A model generated the notes under the pieces. It worked only from the letters and a program-made list of their open reading frames with translations. It was not told the origin of the DNA and did no database searches. From positions 2,728,001 to 2,792,000 of the forward strand of contig CP075496.1 in assembly GCA_021613535.1 (NCBI GenBank): a stretch of DNA of 64,000 bases, written 5' to 3'. The stretch is from Adineta vaga. Lineage: Eukaryota; Animalia; Rotifera. Positions 36,710 to 55,093 of this stretch are shown piece by piece (the stretch's first letter is position 1; every line of letters begins with the position of its first letter). Both the position numbers and the translations under genes were made by a program.

Positions 36710-39505
36710 CACAATATAGAATGAATAAAAAGTAATATTAATAAAAGAAGATTGGTTGTATGACAGTTAGACCATGTTTCTTGCCAGTTTTAGTAGTCAG
36801 AAATAATCAACAGAGAAGGATATCAAATACAATATCGTATGTCGTACTCGAGTCGTTTCTTCCTCTACTTCTTCTTCTTCTTCTTCTTGTTATTGTTAGT
36901 TGATGATACTAATAATCAATGGGAACAGTTTTGTACATATTTTCTTGAATGAATTCAATTTTTCGATCAATTGATATGTGTACTTGTTGATCAGTTAATG
37001 ATATGATCTAAAACGAAGAAAAAGAATATTATAGTAACATATGCAATTCAAAATAATAGACATGTCATTTTTCCTTCTTCTTCTTCTTCAACATAGGGTG
37101 CGTTGTTTGTCTTCAGAACCAAAGTGTTGCTTTTCTCTCTTTCCAATGTCCTTCAAGCAAGCAAGCAAAGAAAATAGCAAGAAGAACGAGCAAGAGAGAG
37201 AGAGAGAGAATAAAAGAAGCCAAGAAAAAAAAATCGGCAGAGAAGAAAAATTAGATGTTTTTTTCAATATTTTTCTATTTTGAATGGTCTATCATCAACT
37301 TGTCAATGATGTCATCAGGCATAGTTAAATTTTCAAGATTTGTTATCAATTTCGATAATACAGTGAACAATACATATCACAACGAAAGAATGTTACTTTC
37401 CGTTCTAGTTGACAATAATTATTACAAAGAAAAGGAGCGCATTTTTAATGACGATGATTATCAATTCAGTCAATTTTTTCTTTTCTATGAGTATTTCTGT
37501 ATGAATTTAATCTGAGTGGGTTTGTTTGGTAGAATCTATCGAGATCAATTAAAATAAGAAATCCATCATGCCGCGAAGCAAAGAATTCAAAAAAAAAATG
37601 ACGCAGCAAAAAAGAAAAGCAAACTAACTAGTAGGATGCATTGTAACTGTCATGTTCTAGTCGTCATTCCCTATAAATCTAAATGTCATTTTTCACACAA
37701 TCTCATAAAAGATCAAAGAAATGATAAAAATAATTTTGCTTTTATTTTTTTTCAAACAAATCAAATTAATCAATATATTAGATCTCTTATTCATCATAAG
37801 CATGATGAAAAAAAAAGAAAGAAGAAGAATGGAATATTCTATCATATTAATTCAGCTGTATTAGTAGATTCTTCGAAGCGAACTACTTAAAATTGTAAGC
37901 ATGTCTTTCTCATAAACAACGTTAAGCATTACCTTGACTAATCAAGCAATAAATCATAGGAAATGACAATATTGTATTGATGAGAAATTATTTACATGAC
38001 GTGAGCTAGATAGTATACGGACAAACAATAAATCAATACGATTAGATATTTAGAAGAGAACTTTCTATTAACTTAATTATAGCACATAATATTCTAACAT
38101 TACCATTAAAAATAACATCAATATTTCTTCTTTTTTTTTGTCTCTTCTATGAAATTAAATTCAAATATATGAATATAACGTTTTCTTAACAAGAAGTCAA
38201 GATTTGACAGGCAATAACTAAGATAATTCTCAGTTGACAATTACACAAGATAAATTATTCATTGATTGAAATTCCAATGAAGAACATTCTTATTACCATA
38301 CGAAGTTCTTTTACTATCTATGATGCATTGTTAATTAGGATCTTTCTTTAAACTTGATCAATAAGATTTAACATACTAGAATCATGTGAAAAATATTTGA
38401 TGATTATCTATCTTCTTTCGATTAATATTATCCTATTTATGGGCAAAAAAATATTCATGCATGGATGTTATTTACTTTCAATATAAATAAACTCATCATT
38501 ATATTTTGTTTTTAAGATAAATAGAAGGACATTACATATCAAATAGAACTGTTTATACTGCAAATTCATCGAATAAAAACATCTTTGGTAAGACGGAAGA
38601 AAAAGAAAATTTTCCAGAAGAATGATTCTATGTGTCATTATTCAACCGAATAACTGAAAAGAGCATGTGAAGTATGACTTAGTTGAAGGAAATCTTAAGA
38701 AGATTAGTAAAGCAATTTCAATATATAATATACAAAACACATGAAAAAATAAAGTCAAATCTCGTATTCGTTAATAAATGATTGAAAGAAAAATACATTT
38801 AGAGTACCCTAGAAATAATTTATCAAAAGTCTTTTCAAATATTTTTGTTATCGCTTTTATTTTCATATAACTAATCACATACAATCATTTTCAGATACTA
38901 TTAAAATTCGAGAAATACTCTCAATCAATCAATTACACACTTGAGTCAATTGTGCATCACTAATGCTATTGTTTTATATGTCCTATCATCAATAATATTT
39001 TCTTGTGACAATTCATTTTCATTCTTTATCGTTTCAAATATAATAAATAAGATATTAATTATCATTAAATGTCAACTTTCATTAACCATTACAATAATCT
39101 ATTATAATCCAATTCAAAACTATTTCGTGAAAATATCAATGACTAGATTTTGCTTTTTCTTCTTATTTAAAAAGTATCTTCACATCTATAGTCATAACTT
39201 AAGCAATATATTAAAAGCAAGGTTATCGTTCTTTTCATTATTATTTCTGTAATAAAATTAAATGACAAGAAAAAAAATTGTACAAAAAATGCTGTTAATA
39301 GGCCTCTGATAGTTTGTCTCCTATTTTTCTGTTATCATGAGTAAATGTACACGGACAAAAAAGAAAAAAAAACATTGCACATTAAAATAAAAGACGATAT
39401 ACAAATAAACATATGGTAGAAACAAAAAACTGAAGAATAGAATTCAATAAAAGACAAAGCCGAAAGGAAATGAGATAAGAATAGATATCTGTTGAGAATA
39501 AAATC

Positions 39506-41241
39506 TTATGGTGTCGGTATTTCAATTGAATTATCTGTTATTGTTGAATCATTGAGGAAATTAAAACAAAGTATCGTATCATCATGTGAACTTGATACAA
39601 TTTGAAATTCATCAAATTGAAGACGAAATACTCGTCCTGTATGTTCAGTTAATGTACGAATACATAATGTCGATTGAGAACGAGGATCAAGAGCAGCAAC
39701 TAAATCCCAAACTTTAATTTTACCTATTGAAAATACAAAAGAAAAAGAAGAGATTATTGGAGAATATTTTTCGATCTTTCATACCATCATAAGCTCCTGA
39801 AACAATTCGTTTCGTATCAAAACGAATACAACGAACAAGTTCATCATGTCCTTCAAGTATACGTAAACATACACCACATTCAATATCCCATATACGAATA
39901 GTATTATCTGATGATCCACTAACAACAATTTTATCACGATATTGTAAACAAGCAATACCACGTTTATGTCCGAGCAATGTTCGAACAAATTCACATGTAG
40001 TTGTATCCTAAATTTAAGAAAAAGAACCAAATGAAATTTATTTCGATCTTCCTATTTTTACGAACGAACCCAAACTTTAATTGTTCGATCACCACTAGCA
40101 CTAACAATATATTTGTCATCAAAATCAACAACATTAACAGCTGCACGATGTCCAACAAGTACACGTCGTATACTAATATCTGTTGATGAATTCATTTGCC
40201 ATACAGCTATAGAACGATCTTTTGAACATGTTACCATTGTTCCATTGGAAAATCGAAGATGTAAAACAGCTTCACAATGATGTAATAATGTATTAATTAA
40301 TTCTCCTGTTTTAATATTCCACACTCGTACAGTTGAATCTGATGAACCAGTAAGAATCATTTTATCATCATATTGTAAACATAAAACACTTCCATTATGT
40401 CCAGTTAAAACTTTTGTACATTCAAGAGTTTTTCTATCCCAAATTTTAATTGTATTATCACGAAGACCACTAATAATTTTTTCATCATCATATTGTAAAC
40501 AATAAACACCTTTACTATTCTGTGATCGACATTGAATTTTTTCTAATTGAAAACTTCCTGTTCGCCAATTACTTTCAATTTGTTTAATATCATGTAGAAT
40601 TTTCGGATATAACTGACGATAAAATTCATGCGATTTCGGTGTTTGAAATGACGTTAAAATTTGACGAAAAAGATATTTTATCCAACCACGACGTTTAGCA
40701 AGGCCATCCCATAGAGAATCTGATAGAACTTTACGTTCAATTAATTTTTTCCATAGCATACCTAAAATACGAATGAAATGGTTTCATATATATATATATA
40801 TATATATTCAATTTAGTCATTTGAAATACCTGCTGATATTACATGATACCAATCATGACAAACAAGTTCTGTTGATACTAATGTTTGATGATCTAAATAT
40901 TCGAGAATTTTTTCGGCTATATGATCAAGTCCACGTGTTGCTAATTGTCCAATAAAATCTCTTTGTAACATTGGTAATAGAAATGCATTGATTTGTCCAT
41001 GTTGATGACTATGCATACGTTTGAGAAGATTTTCAACAAAAATTAATTGTTCACGATCATCCCATGTGGAAAATGTTGTGACAAATTGTTCACATGTTTT
41101 TTCATACACAGTAGTGGAAATTTTAGTTGAATCATTATTATTCATCGATGTGTTTAAATAATTTGATGATGAAGATATGAGCATTGGCAAATGTTCTTCG
41201 TTGTTAATATCATTACCTGAATTTGTTGCCATAGTTTCCAT
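39506..41241 (-). CDS. BTRC: beta-TrCP/Slimb F-box WD40 protein
   Basis: D domain ([17 protein letters not shown]), F-box, and WD40 repeats [51 protein letters not shown]. Confidence 0.97.
40786..40807. repeat. (AT)n microsatellite in a beta-TrCP intron
   Basis: About 11 perfect AT units. Confidence 0.9.
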
Positions 41242-42684
41242 TATTCGGATTTGTTTTCGATTTTTCAGAAAGAAAATTACAATTGAATAAAGTAAAAGAG
41301 AACAAAGTTTTCCTTTGTTTCAAATAATTATTGTATGGTTGTGGTTGAGAAAACAACAACGGAAAAGAACATCTAAAATGTAGTTTTTCTTTATAATCAA
41401 ATAAATAGAAAAACAAATGAAAAAGATTAGTCAATAAATAGGAATTCATTCTGGTTAATTTTCGGATAGTTATTTTGAAAAATATCTCAACGAATAGATT
41501 GTTAATGAAACTATGAATTGCTCAGAAAACCATCACCAGAAAAGGAATAATTATTCTACTGTCAAATTAGGTAGGTCATAATTTAGCTCAAATGCAAAAT
41601 TATAGGAGAATCTCCGTTATTAAAAATGTAAAGAAACATCTAAGATATAATTACACATCGTTATTTCGAACGTCATTTCCTGATGGTGATTATGACTTTT
41701 GACAATGCATATGAAATGTTTTACGTGATTAATATTCCAGACAGAGGATGAACGAACATTGTCAAACTTAAAGTAATCTTAGTACACGCAAAAATGAACG
41801 TTCTTCTTTTTCTTATTCGAAATTGTTTACTTTGTTTTCTTTTCAAATAAATTTTCAATCAAGATCAGATCAATTCTAGACGAATTCATTTCAAGTGTTC
41901 TTTCAATTGTACTTCAAACATATTCTTACAACCTCAAAATAGTACTAGTTGAAATTAAATATGAAAATTGCGTTTTAAAATACATGACCCTGAAAATGTG
42001 TTGTACAAAATGTTCTTAAGCAACGTGCAAAAACTTTATGTCAATAATTCTCTTTCATCTGTCAAGAATCAAATTACTATTTAATAAATCGATCGTATAT
42101 TTATTCACGTCTGAATACAGATATTCTAGATATTTGTTATTATCTGAAATATCGCATCATCATTAAAATACAACGAATATATTTCACTATTTTAGAAGAG
42201 AAATTGTCGATTTGTTTTTCATTCAAATCAAATTTTATATCACATAATCATTCTATTATTATCCTAATGGCTAAATCACATGAAATAAAATAGTTAAAAA
42301 TAAACATACTAGTGTAGTATTAAAAAACAGTTCATTTGTGAGAATAATATAAAGCGAGGTTCAGCACGTATTTATAAAAAGTTCACTTGTAAAAGGATGA
42401 TAGTATATGTCAGTAACTGTTTGTTAGAATCTAAAGTAAAACAAAAAAAGAACACTTTTATATACTATAATAGAAAAGAAGGATGTTTTTAATAATCTTT
42501 TATTTTCCAAGTAAATATATCAAGACGAAGAGCAGAAAAAACAAAACAAATATACGAACAGGACAACAAACTTTTGTTATGCATCCGATATGACTGTACA
42601 AGTATGAGAGAATAAACACAAAGAAAAAAAAAGTAGAAAAAAAGAAAAAGAGAAAGATTTTTCTTCGTTATATTTGCAGAATTA

Positions 42685-45118
42685 TTAATCATATTTTGAA
42701 TATTGTTTACTTGTCGTAGTTAATGATGTTGAATGAAAATTATTATTATTATTATTAGTAGTAGTAGTAGTCGTATTAGTATTAGTATTGTTTGGTTTAG
42801 TATTTGTTGTTGAAGGTGGTGTAACAAGCGAACGAAATGCATCAATAATTAAATGTGGATGACGTTTAGTAAATTGTGCCCAATTATTTGTTTTTGATAC
42901 AGCTAATGCATTTGTACGGATAAAAGCTAGGACTTGTTGTTTAAGTGAAGCATCATTAGCTTGATCACTAACTTCAAGCATTTCAATTGCATTATCAATT
43001 TTTAAAACATCTAACATTGTAGATTTAGCTAATTGACGTAATTCATGTAAATCATATTTAACTGCAGCACGAAATAAATCAATAGCATTTAAATTACTTT
43101 TAATTTCATCATTAGATGTTATTAAACGACCTGTATAAATATAAACGAGCATTATACGAACAGTTGAAGAATCAAGATCGTCAATATATAAATCAATCGA
43201 TGGTAATTTTGAATTTGTTGTATTATAATGTGTGCTATTACGTATTTGTGCAGCAAATGATGATGAACGAGATATTAATATTGCTTTATGAGCATGAAAT
43301 GTTGCTAAAGGTGTTATATTGGCATATTTTAATTGAGATTGTGAAATATCTATATGTAAACTATCTTGTTCAGTATTATCTTGATGATGACAAATGCATG
43401 AGCAACGTTTTAAATGTGATGATAAAGATAATATGGATGATGATGAACATAATTCAGACGATGAGGAAGAAGAAAACTCTACTGATGATGTTGAACAATT
43501 TGAAGACGAAGGATTGCTTTCCGTTGCTGATGAACTTTGAGCAATACGTGAAAGTAAAGACGTTGTTGAACGAGTTGTTCGTCGTGTTGTTGGAGTTGTT
43601 GATGAAGAAGATGGAGATGTATGTCTTTGTGCTGCATGATTTGTTGAATGACGAGAATCAAGATTATCCACTTCAGAATCTTTACAAATAGCTAGAAAGA
43701 AATTGATTATTATACAACGTTATGAAATCAAATAATCTTGTTCATACCTGAAGATGACAGTTCATGGTGGTCGATTATTTGATCAATAATTGTACTGCTT
43801 GATTTATTTTTTTCTATTGTACAATGACACGATGAACATGATGGATATTGCTGTTTTAGAGAGGTGCGTTGATGTTTAATACGATTTGACTTTCGATGAT
43901 CGTCAGGAATAATTGTGGGTTGTGGTTGTGTTTGTTGAACTATTTGCTGCCTAGGTATAACATGAATATGTACATCAGCAAAACGTTCATCATCTAAAAG
44001 TGTTTTTATTTGAGTAGATAAAAGTTCCAAAGATTTAAAACGTTCTTTGTCATCGGTAAATAAACCAAAATTTATTATTGAAGATGTTGTTGATGCACTT
44101 GATGGATTTGTATTATTCAACGATGTTGCCGATGATGAGGAAGCTGATGAAGATGATGTGGATGCTTGCGTTTTTGGTGTTGTACTTGTCTGTTGTGATT
44201 GAACAGAACTTTGTGATGAGGGTGGTGGCGGTGGCGGTGGTGGTAAAATCGATGACGCATGATGATGATGATGGTGATGATGTGGAGTCTGTGGATGACG
44301 AATTAAATCACCTGTAGCTGTTTCTTTTTCATCGACTAATACAACACGAACATAGACTCGAAGACGATCATCTGTTATTAGATCATTACGACGAGAATTT
44401 AAATAGTTTCCATCAAGAAATTCTATGAAAAAAGAATAGTAGATTATTTTTTTAGAGAAAAAGAAAGAAAATTTCTTTACCTGAATAACCCCAATCATTT
44501 CCAGATGAAAATGTATGAAAATTTGTTGAACGTAACATGACAAGTTCATTATTACGGCTGACAACACTAAATTCTGCTTTTGCTTTTATTGTTGGCATTG
44601 TACCACTAACATATTTGAGAAATATAGCAATATTATTATTTGTATGTTGTTTTTCATTTAAACCACGTGGATATAATTTCAAACTCCAACGTGTATTGGA
44701 ATAAGGAGTATTCACAGGTGAAAATGATTCCGATTGAAGGCATGTAGAATTTGCATCATCAATATATGATGAAAGATAGCTAAAAGAAAAACATCATCAA
44801 ATTTTTCGAAATTGACAAATAAGATAATCAGGAATGATAAATTAGTTGAAATGTTTATTAATATTCTACTTACTTAATAATCCATAAATGTGAAAATGAA
44901 CATAAATGTCGTTCTGTTCGCGATGATGAATCAGATTCTGAGAATGTTCGTTTATGACTTTGTCGAATTGATGATGTCGCACCCGATGATGATGACGTTG
45001 TTGCTGTTGATGAATTTGTTGTTGCTGTTGTTGTCGATGATGATGTTGTACTTGCATTGATATTGGAAGACGTATTTGCAGTAACTGATGCTCGATTGTT
45101 GTTACTGTTGTTATCCAT
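42685..45118 (-). CDS. SPOP-like MATH-BTB Cullin3 adaptor with large low-complexity insertions
   Basis: MATH: WSLKLYPRG..IAIFLKY..KAEFSVV..DWGYSEFL. BTB: ERFADVHIHV..[insert]..FHAHKAILISRSSSF..MLVYIYTG..AAVKYDLHEL. BACK-like tail. Confidence 0.88.
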
Positions 45119-45407
45119 TCTATTCAAATAAAGTGTGAAATTTTTACAAGAATTTTCATTTAAGTTTCAATTACCTTGAAAGAAAATCAATGGTTATTTT
45201 GATTTCCAAGATTTCAATATTCGAGTTTACATGCTGAAAGATTTGTAAAAAATACAAATATCTAAAACAGATGTTGAAAGATTTCTTAAAATTAATAAAA
45301 ACCAATTCTCATTATTTCATTAAATCATTGATTGATTAAAAAGATCAAACATATAACTATTATGTCAAAAGAAAACTATTGCATATTATTATCATGGATT
45401 CATTCTC

Positions 45408-47892
45408 TTAAACAACAAATGTAGTTGGATCAAAATTCGGTTTATCTGGATAAGTACAACCAGATTGTTGAATGCATTCGAATGCACAATAAGCACCAGC
45501 TTGAATGGCTTCTGCATGGCTTTTACCGAGTGCCAAATAAGCAAGAAAACCTAAAACATACGAATACCATCGCATGGAATTCTACTCTAGATAAATTAAA
45601 ATATAACAAACCTCCAACAAAAGAATCACCAGCACCATTTGTATCAACAATATTTAATGGCTTTTTAACCTGAAATTCTTCAATATCTTTACCAACTAGA
45701 TGAAAAAATATGAAAATGAAGAAATCTACATATCGAAAAAGAACTTTTGTTTACCAGTAGCAAGTACAGTTGGATCAGCACCTTGTGTAATAATAACAAT
45801 ACGTGGACGTTGAGCATTTTTTTTCGGAAGTTCACTTAAAGCTTTAGCAATTTCTTTCACATCTTCTGTCTACAATGAAAAATTATTTTCAGAAAAAAAC
45901 AACAAAAATGAAATAAATCGTAAAAACTTACATTCAATTTTAATTGATGTTTTGCAAAACTTCTAGCTTCCTAAGAAAAGAAAGTCATTATTCGTTTCTT
46001 ATCCGTTAATTTTCTTACAGTTTCATTTCCAAATAAATAATCCACATATGGCATAACTTTCATTAATCGATCACCAAAGAATTCACAAACAAATGGTGCT
46101 GATAAATTCGTACAAAATAATTTCTTATTTTTATCAGCATGTTCGCATAAGCGCATGACAGCATCAGGACATACTGTATAGAAAAAACCCTAGAAAATAA
46201 TCAAAATAAGAAATGATATTCTTTATTAAAATTCCAATCGTAGAATCACATACTGCCGCATAAAATATTTTTGCTTTTTCTATGAATTCTTGATTTTTTG
46301 GTTCATCTAAATGATCAATTGTAAAACAATTTGCAGCACCTAAATTTGCCACTAGTGATCTAGAGAGAAGAACAATCAAATGAAGATGTTCTTTAAAACT
46401 TACCGATTGTTTCCAGTAATGAGAACAGCACAAGTACCAGTCTGTACACGTCCTTCGGAATCACTATGAATTTGATAAGATAATGTCAGACCTGCTTTTG
46501 TTGCTGCGTCATGTAATAATTGAAGATATTTATCTTGACCTACAGAACCCATATAGACACAAGCGCCTGTTTGTTGAAGTATCCACTAAAGAGATTTTTA
46601 TATTCTATCGATAATAAACAAAACAAAAATCATACTGTTGCAGCACGCATTGTATTTTGTGTAGAACCACCGGCCACAAATTGATGATTTGGATAATCAC
46701 GAAGTAATGTTTCATTTCTAAAAATATTCGAAATTATGTGTTACAGATAAAATATATAGAGAGAACGAGAGAGAAAAATTGAACTTACAAATCTTTATGT
46801 TGATCACCGGCTAAAATAGCATCATTCGCTTTTAGGTTGTACCTTAAGAGAGAGAGAAACAGACAAACTAATAATATCCGTTATTAAATGTATTATTCCA
46901 TAGATGACTTTAAATATAGAAGATAATTATTAATTTAGAAAATGAAATGAATAAATCATTGTATCGAAGAATCTGACCCTGTAATTCATTCAATTTAGTC
47001 AATCGTATCAAAATATTTATATTGATCCTTCAAAGGTAAAACTTGTCATTCAATCAAGGTTCTTTTTTATGATCAAATAAGGTGTTAGAAGGCAAATTCG
47101 CACATAGTTAAGGTTAATCTTTGACCTCATTCATTGCAAATTGTAAAGATATTATCAAATTGATATCTAATCATACCCTTCAAGAAACGATAATGGTACT
47201 TCAGCACTAATATCAAGTAATGGATTTCCAATACCAAAAATTGTGCCATCACTAAAGTATAGTTGATTTTTAATTGTTTTTCTTCTTTAAAACTATTCTC
47301 AACAAACTCTAATTTTTGTTTGTTGGATGATTCAATTGACATTATCTAGAAGAGAGAAAAAAAAAGAATTTACATTCGAAATAATAATATCTTTCTATAT
47401 TGAATGAATCAATTATTTTTATTTCGATTGTGAATTTTCTTATTGATTATCCAATGTCAATGAGTTTCATTCGTAATTGACCCTAACATAGAATATAAAG
47501 AGGTCACTATATGTCTTTTTGACCTTCATATCCGAGCAGAATCAGATATTCTATATTCATTTATAAGCTTTTTTTACTTTTATAATCACGAATAACCGTA
47601 CTTGTTCGCATTCTACTTTATGAGAATCGAAACATATTGTTAAAAACTAATCTTCTTTAGCATTTTTTTTTCCAATAATCAAAAATGAACAGAGAGATGA
47701 CATTGAAACGATTTAGCTTACTGACAAATGTGTTTTCGTAGAAATTAAAATGTATTAGACAAGAAAAATAGAAATAAATTAAAGAAAATAAGAAAGTAAA
47801 AAAAATGATTAACGATATATTTATGCATGCATGCATACACACACATTGCTGAAAGTTAGTTTATTGTGTTGTTCTGTTGTGATGTTAGACAT
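45408..47892 (-). CDS. ADK: Adenosine kinase; probable upstream first exon (ATG 47892) plus an internal ATG at 47342
   Basis: GIGNPLLDISA, AGGSTQNTMR, RSLVANLGAANCF, NLSAPF..YVDYLFGNE, ITQGADP, VDTNGAGDSFVGGF. Confidence 0.93.
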
Positions 47893-48373
47893 TAAATATG
47901 TAATATAATTGGTTAGAAATCGCCATTGAAAAATTATTTTGTTCTCGATTTAGAATAGATTTGTAAATAAACATTATTTTTAGAAATAAAATAAGTTTTC
48001 AAAATCTTAAGTTTAGAAAGTTTCTTTTCATTTTCGAGATGTTTAAAAACTTTTAATGTATCAAGAAGAAAAACAATGATATGTAGCGACATCTATAGAA
48101 TTCAATCTATTTCTATCTCTAACTAGTACTAATCGATTTCAGTGTAATCAATTGTCTGACAGGTGCTATCTAATATAAGTTTAGTATATGGCAACGATCA
48201 CACATTGTTCTATATATTCACTTGATTAATTATATTTGAGAATAAAACGGTTTTATTTTTTATTCTATCAAAAAAACTTAATATATGAACTTTGACAAAC
48301 TAAATAAAATAATTAACGACTTAAAAGCAAACGTTCATTTATCCTTTTTCTATCAATAGTTTTTGCACGGTAA

Positions 48374-52935
<4,562 letters not shown>

Positions 52936-53495
52936 TCGCTATACGATAGGACAGTTTTTAATCGACGTTTTCAAATGAAGGTGTGAGTGCAATACTAGTC
53001 TATCTATATATAGTCTTAATATTTATTATTTGAAGAAGAACGAAAAAACTGTTATCTCTATAAGTTAATCTTCTGGACAGAAAGAAAAGAGAAAAACGAA
53101 ATTGACGTTGAAGTTATTTGATATTTGCACTCCAGGCTTCTTTTTTTATATTCTGATCAAATGATTCGAATCACATTAATTTTTTTTTATTTCGATTATA
53201 TTAACAACAACAACAACAATAAAATATTAGGAATGACTAGATAGATTCATTCTTCGACGAAATGAATGCGAACATCAATATATAACAAGAAAAAGAAAAC
53301 AACAACAAAAATTGTTATATTCGAAAGAAAAAAATAAATAAATGAAGACCAATGACTAAAAACACATTTACAACAACAAGATTAATCATAATAATAACTT
53401 TAAAAATGAGAAGATATTCATAGAGATCAGTCAAAATTGATTTACTAGATCGGAAAACAAGAGAAAAAAACTAGATATAATCATATTCATTCAAT

Positions 53496-54969
53496 TTATG
53501 CACGAAAAAGAACTTTTGCAGCTGCTCCACGTTTCGATTCTTGATCATCATGGCTCTAAAAACAAACGAAAAAAAAACCAGTATATTTTCGTCATTTCAT
53601 TCTAGTTATTTCTTATCATATTTCAACTAAAAACATATCAGTGCAAGCTTAGCTTTTCGTTATAATTTCAATGACTAAAACTTCTTTTCTTCAAAAGAAA
53701 AAAAGAAAGATGATTTTCATATAGTTCTTTATTACAAGATAAGATTTATTGTATGAAGGTGGGTCAAACAGGACAAACTTATTTGTAATGAAAACATAAC
53801 AAAGATTAAATAAATAATACATTATACATTCTCAATATGCATCAGACGAACGTACTACATAGATAATATATCCATCGTTTTCTTTTGAGATATGTATAAG
53901 ATAGAATCTCAAATTTTTGTTATAAGATGACTTAGCTCGCTTTCAAAATCAGAAGATTTTTTATGTAACAAAATCATCATGAAAATTCTGAGAAAAAGTG
54001 ACAAGATGTGCATAATAATCTCTGCAAACAGTTTGATTTGAAATCTTAGTAAATTTTGAATACATACTTCAAATGCTAATTGTAACGATCGAGGAATATC
54101 TGCAACTTCACGAAAACGATTCCTATCAAATAAAAATAAAAATACGTATAAGTCAAAGCAAAATTTTGTTTAATTCTTCATACCCAATTCGTCTTGTAGC
54201 TTCTGTATTTCTCCAATCTCGTGTCCATAAACATATTCGATCACCTTTATTTCGAATCGATACAACACAACCATTGACATTATATGCATCATCACCATAT
54301 TGATCACCAATTATTGACAATAACTAATGAAAAAAAAAAGAAGAGAATAGATATTTTCTGATCAGATCTAATCATATTAAATCCTACTGTGTACAACCAA
54401 TAAGTATCAAGATCAGCCGATCGTTGATTTCGATGAGTATTTAAACACCATCGACCGCCGGAACGATTATGTTGATCTTCCCACATTGGTTGCTAAAACG
54501 AAACGAAACAAATAATGATTCTAGAAAATGTTTGTTTGAATTAATTTACAATATTTTTCTTGAATAATAGATAATCACATCCTGGATTGAGTCCACTTGC
54601 TGGCTTTAAACGATCAAAAACTGACCAAAAACTTTCAACAGTTGATATCGTAGCTAATTCAATTAAATTATCTTTCCAATCCGAATTTCGATCATTTTTA
54701 AAAAACCAAAATGTCCACGAATCTTCTAGTGGATATGTTAAATTATTTGATACTTGCATTTCATTAATACCATTGATTTCTTTGTTATCTCCATTGAAAT
54801 TCATTGGTAATGATACAATTACTGATGGTAACAATGGTGATAGAAGTGAAAGTGGTAATGGTGGTGGTGTTGGAGATTTTTCTAATGGTGATAATGGACT
54901 AATTGGTGTTGTGTATAAGTCATCAGATATACTATCATTTCTATCGAATTGAAAGCCATTTATCGACAT
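53496..54969 (-). CDS. EIF4E: Class I eIF4E cap-binding protein with a Pro/Ser-rich N-terminal extension
   Basis: YPLEDSWTFWFF..DW, TVESFWSV, DYLLFK..QPMWED..N..GGRW, GCVVSIRNKGDRICLWT. Confidence 0.93.
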
Positions 54970-55093
54970 TTTATTTGATCTAAAAAGATAAATTATTGAG
55001 CATAAAAATCACAGAAATATTCACCATAGAGAAAAAGAAATATATATTGCCATGTACAAAAAAAGGAATGATAGATTTGTGGAAAAGAAAAAA

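Noticed and set aside
36710-39500. Long ORF-poor region upstream of the GPCR as a hidden gene or ncRNA
   Set aside because: Only AT-rich and simple-repeat sequence is visible; best read as GPCR regulatory/5'UTR DNA plus the beta-TrCP 3'UTR.
53945-53990. ATGATGA..CTGA (C/D boxes) in the long eIF4E intron
   Set aside because: Only ~21 nt between the boxes, too short for a C/D snoRNA, and no guide sequence is evident.
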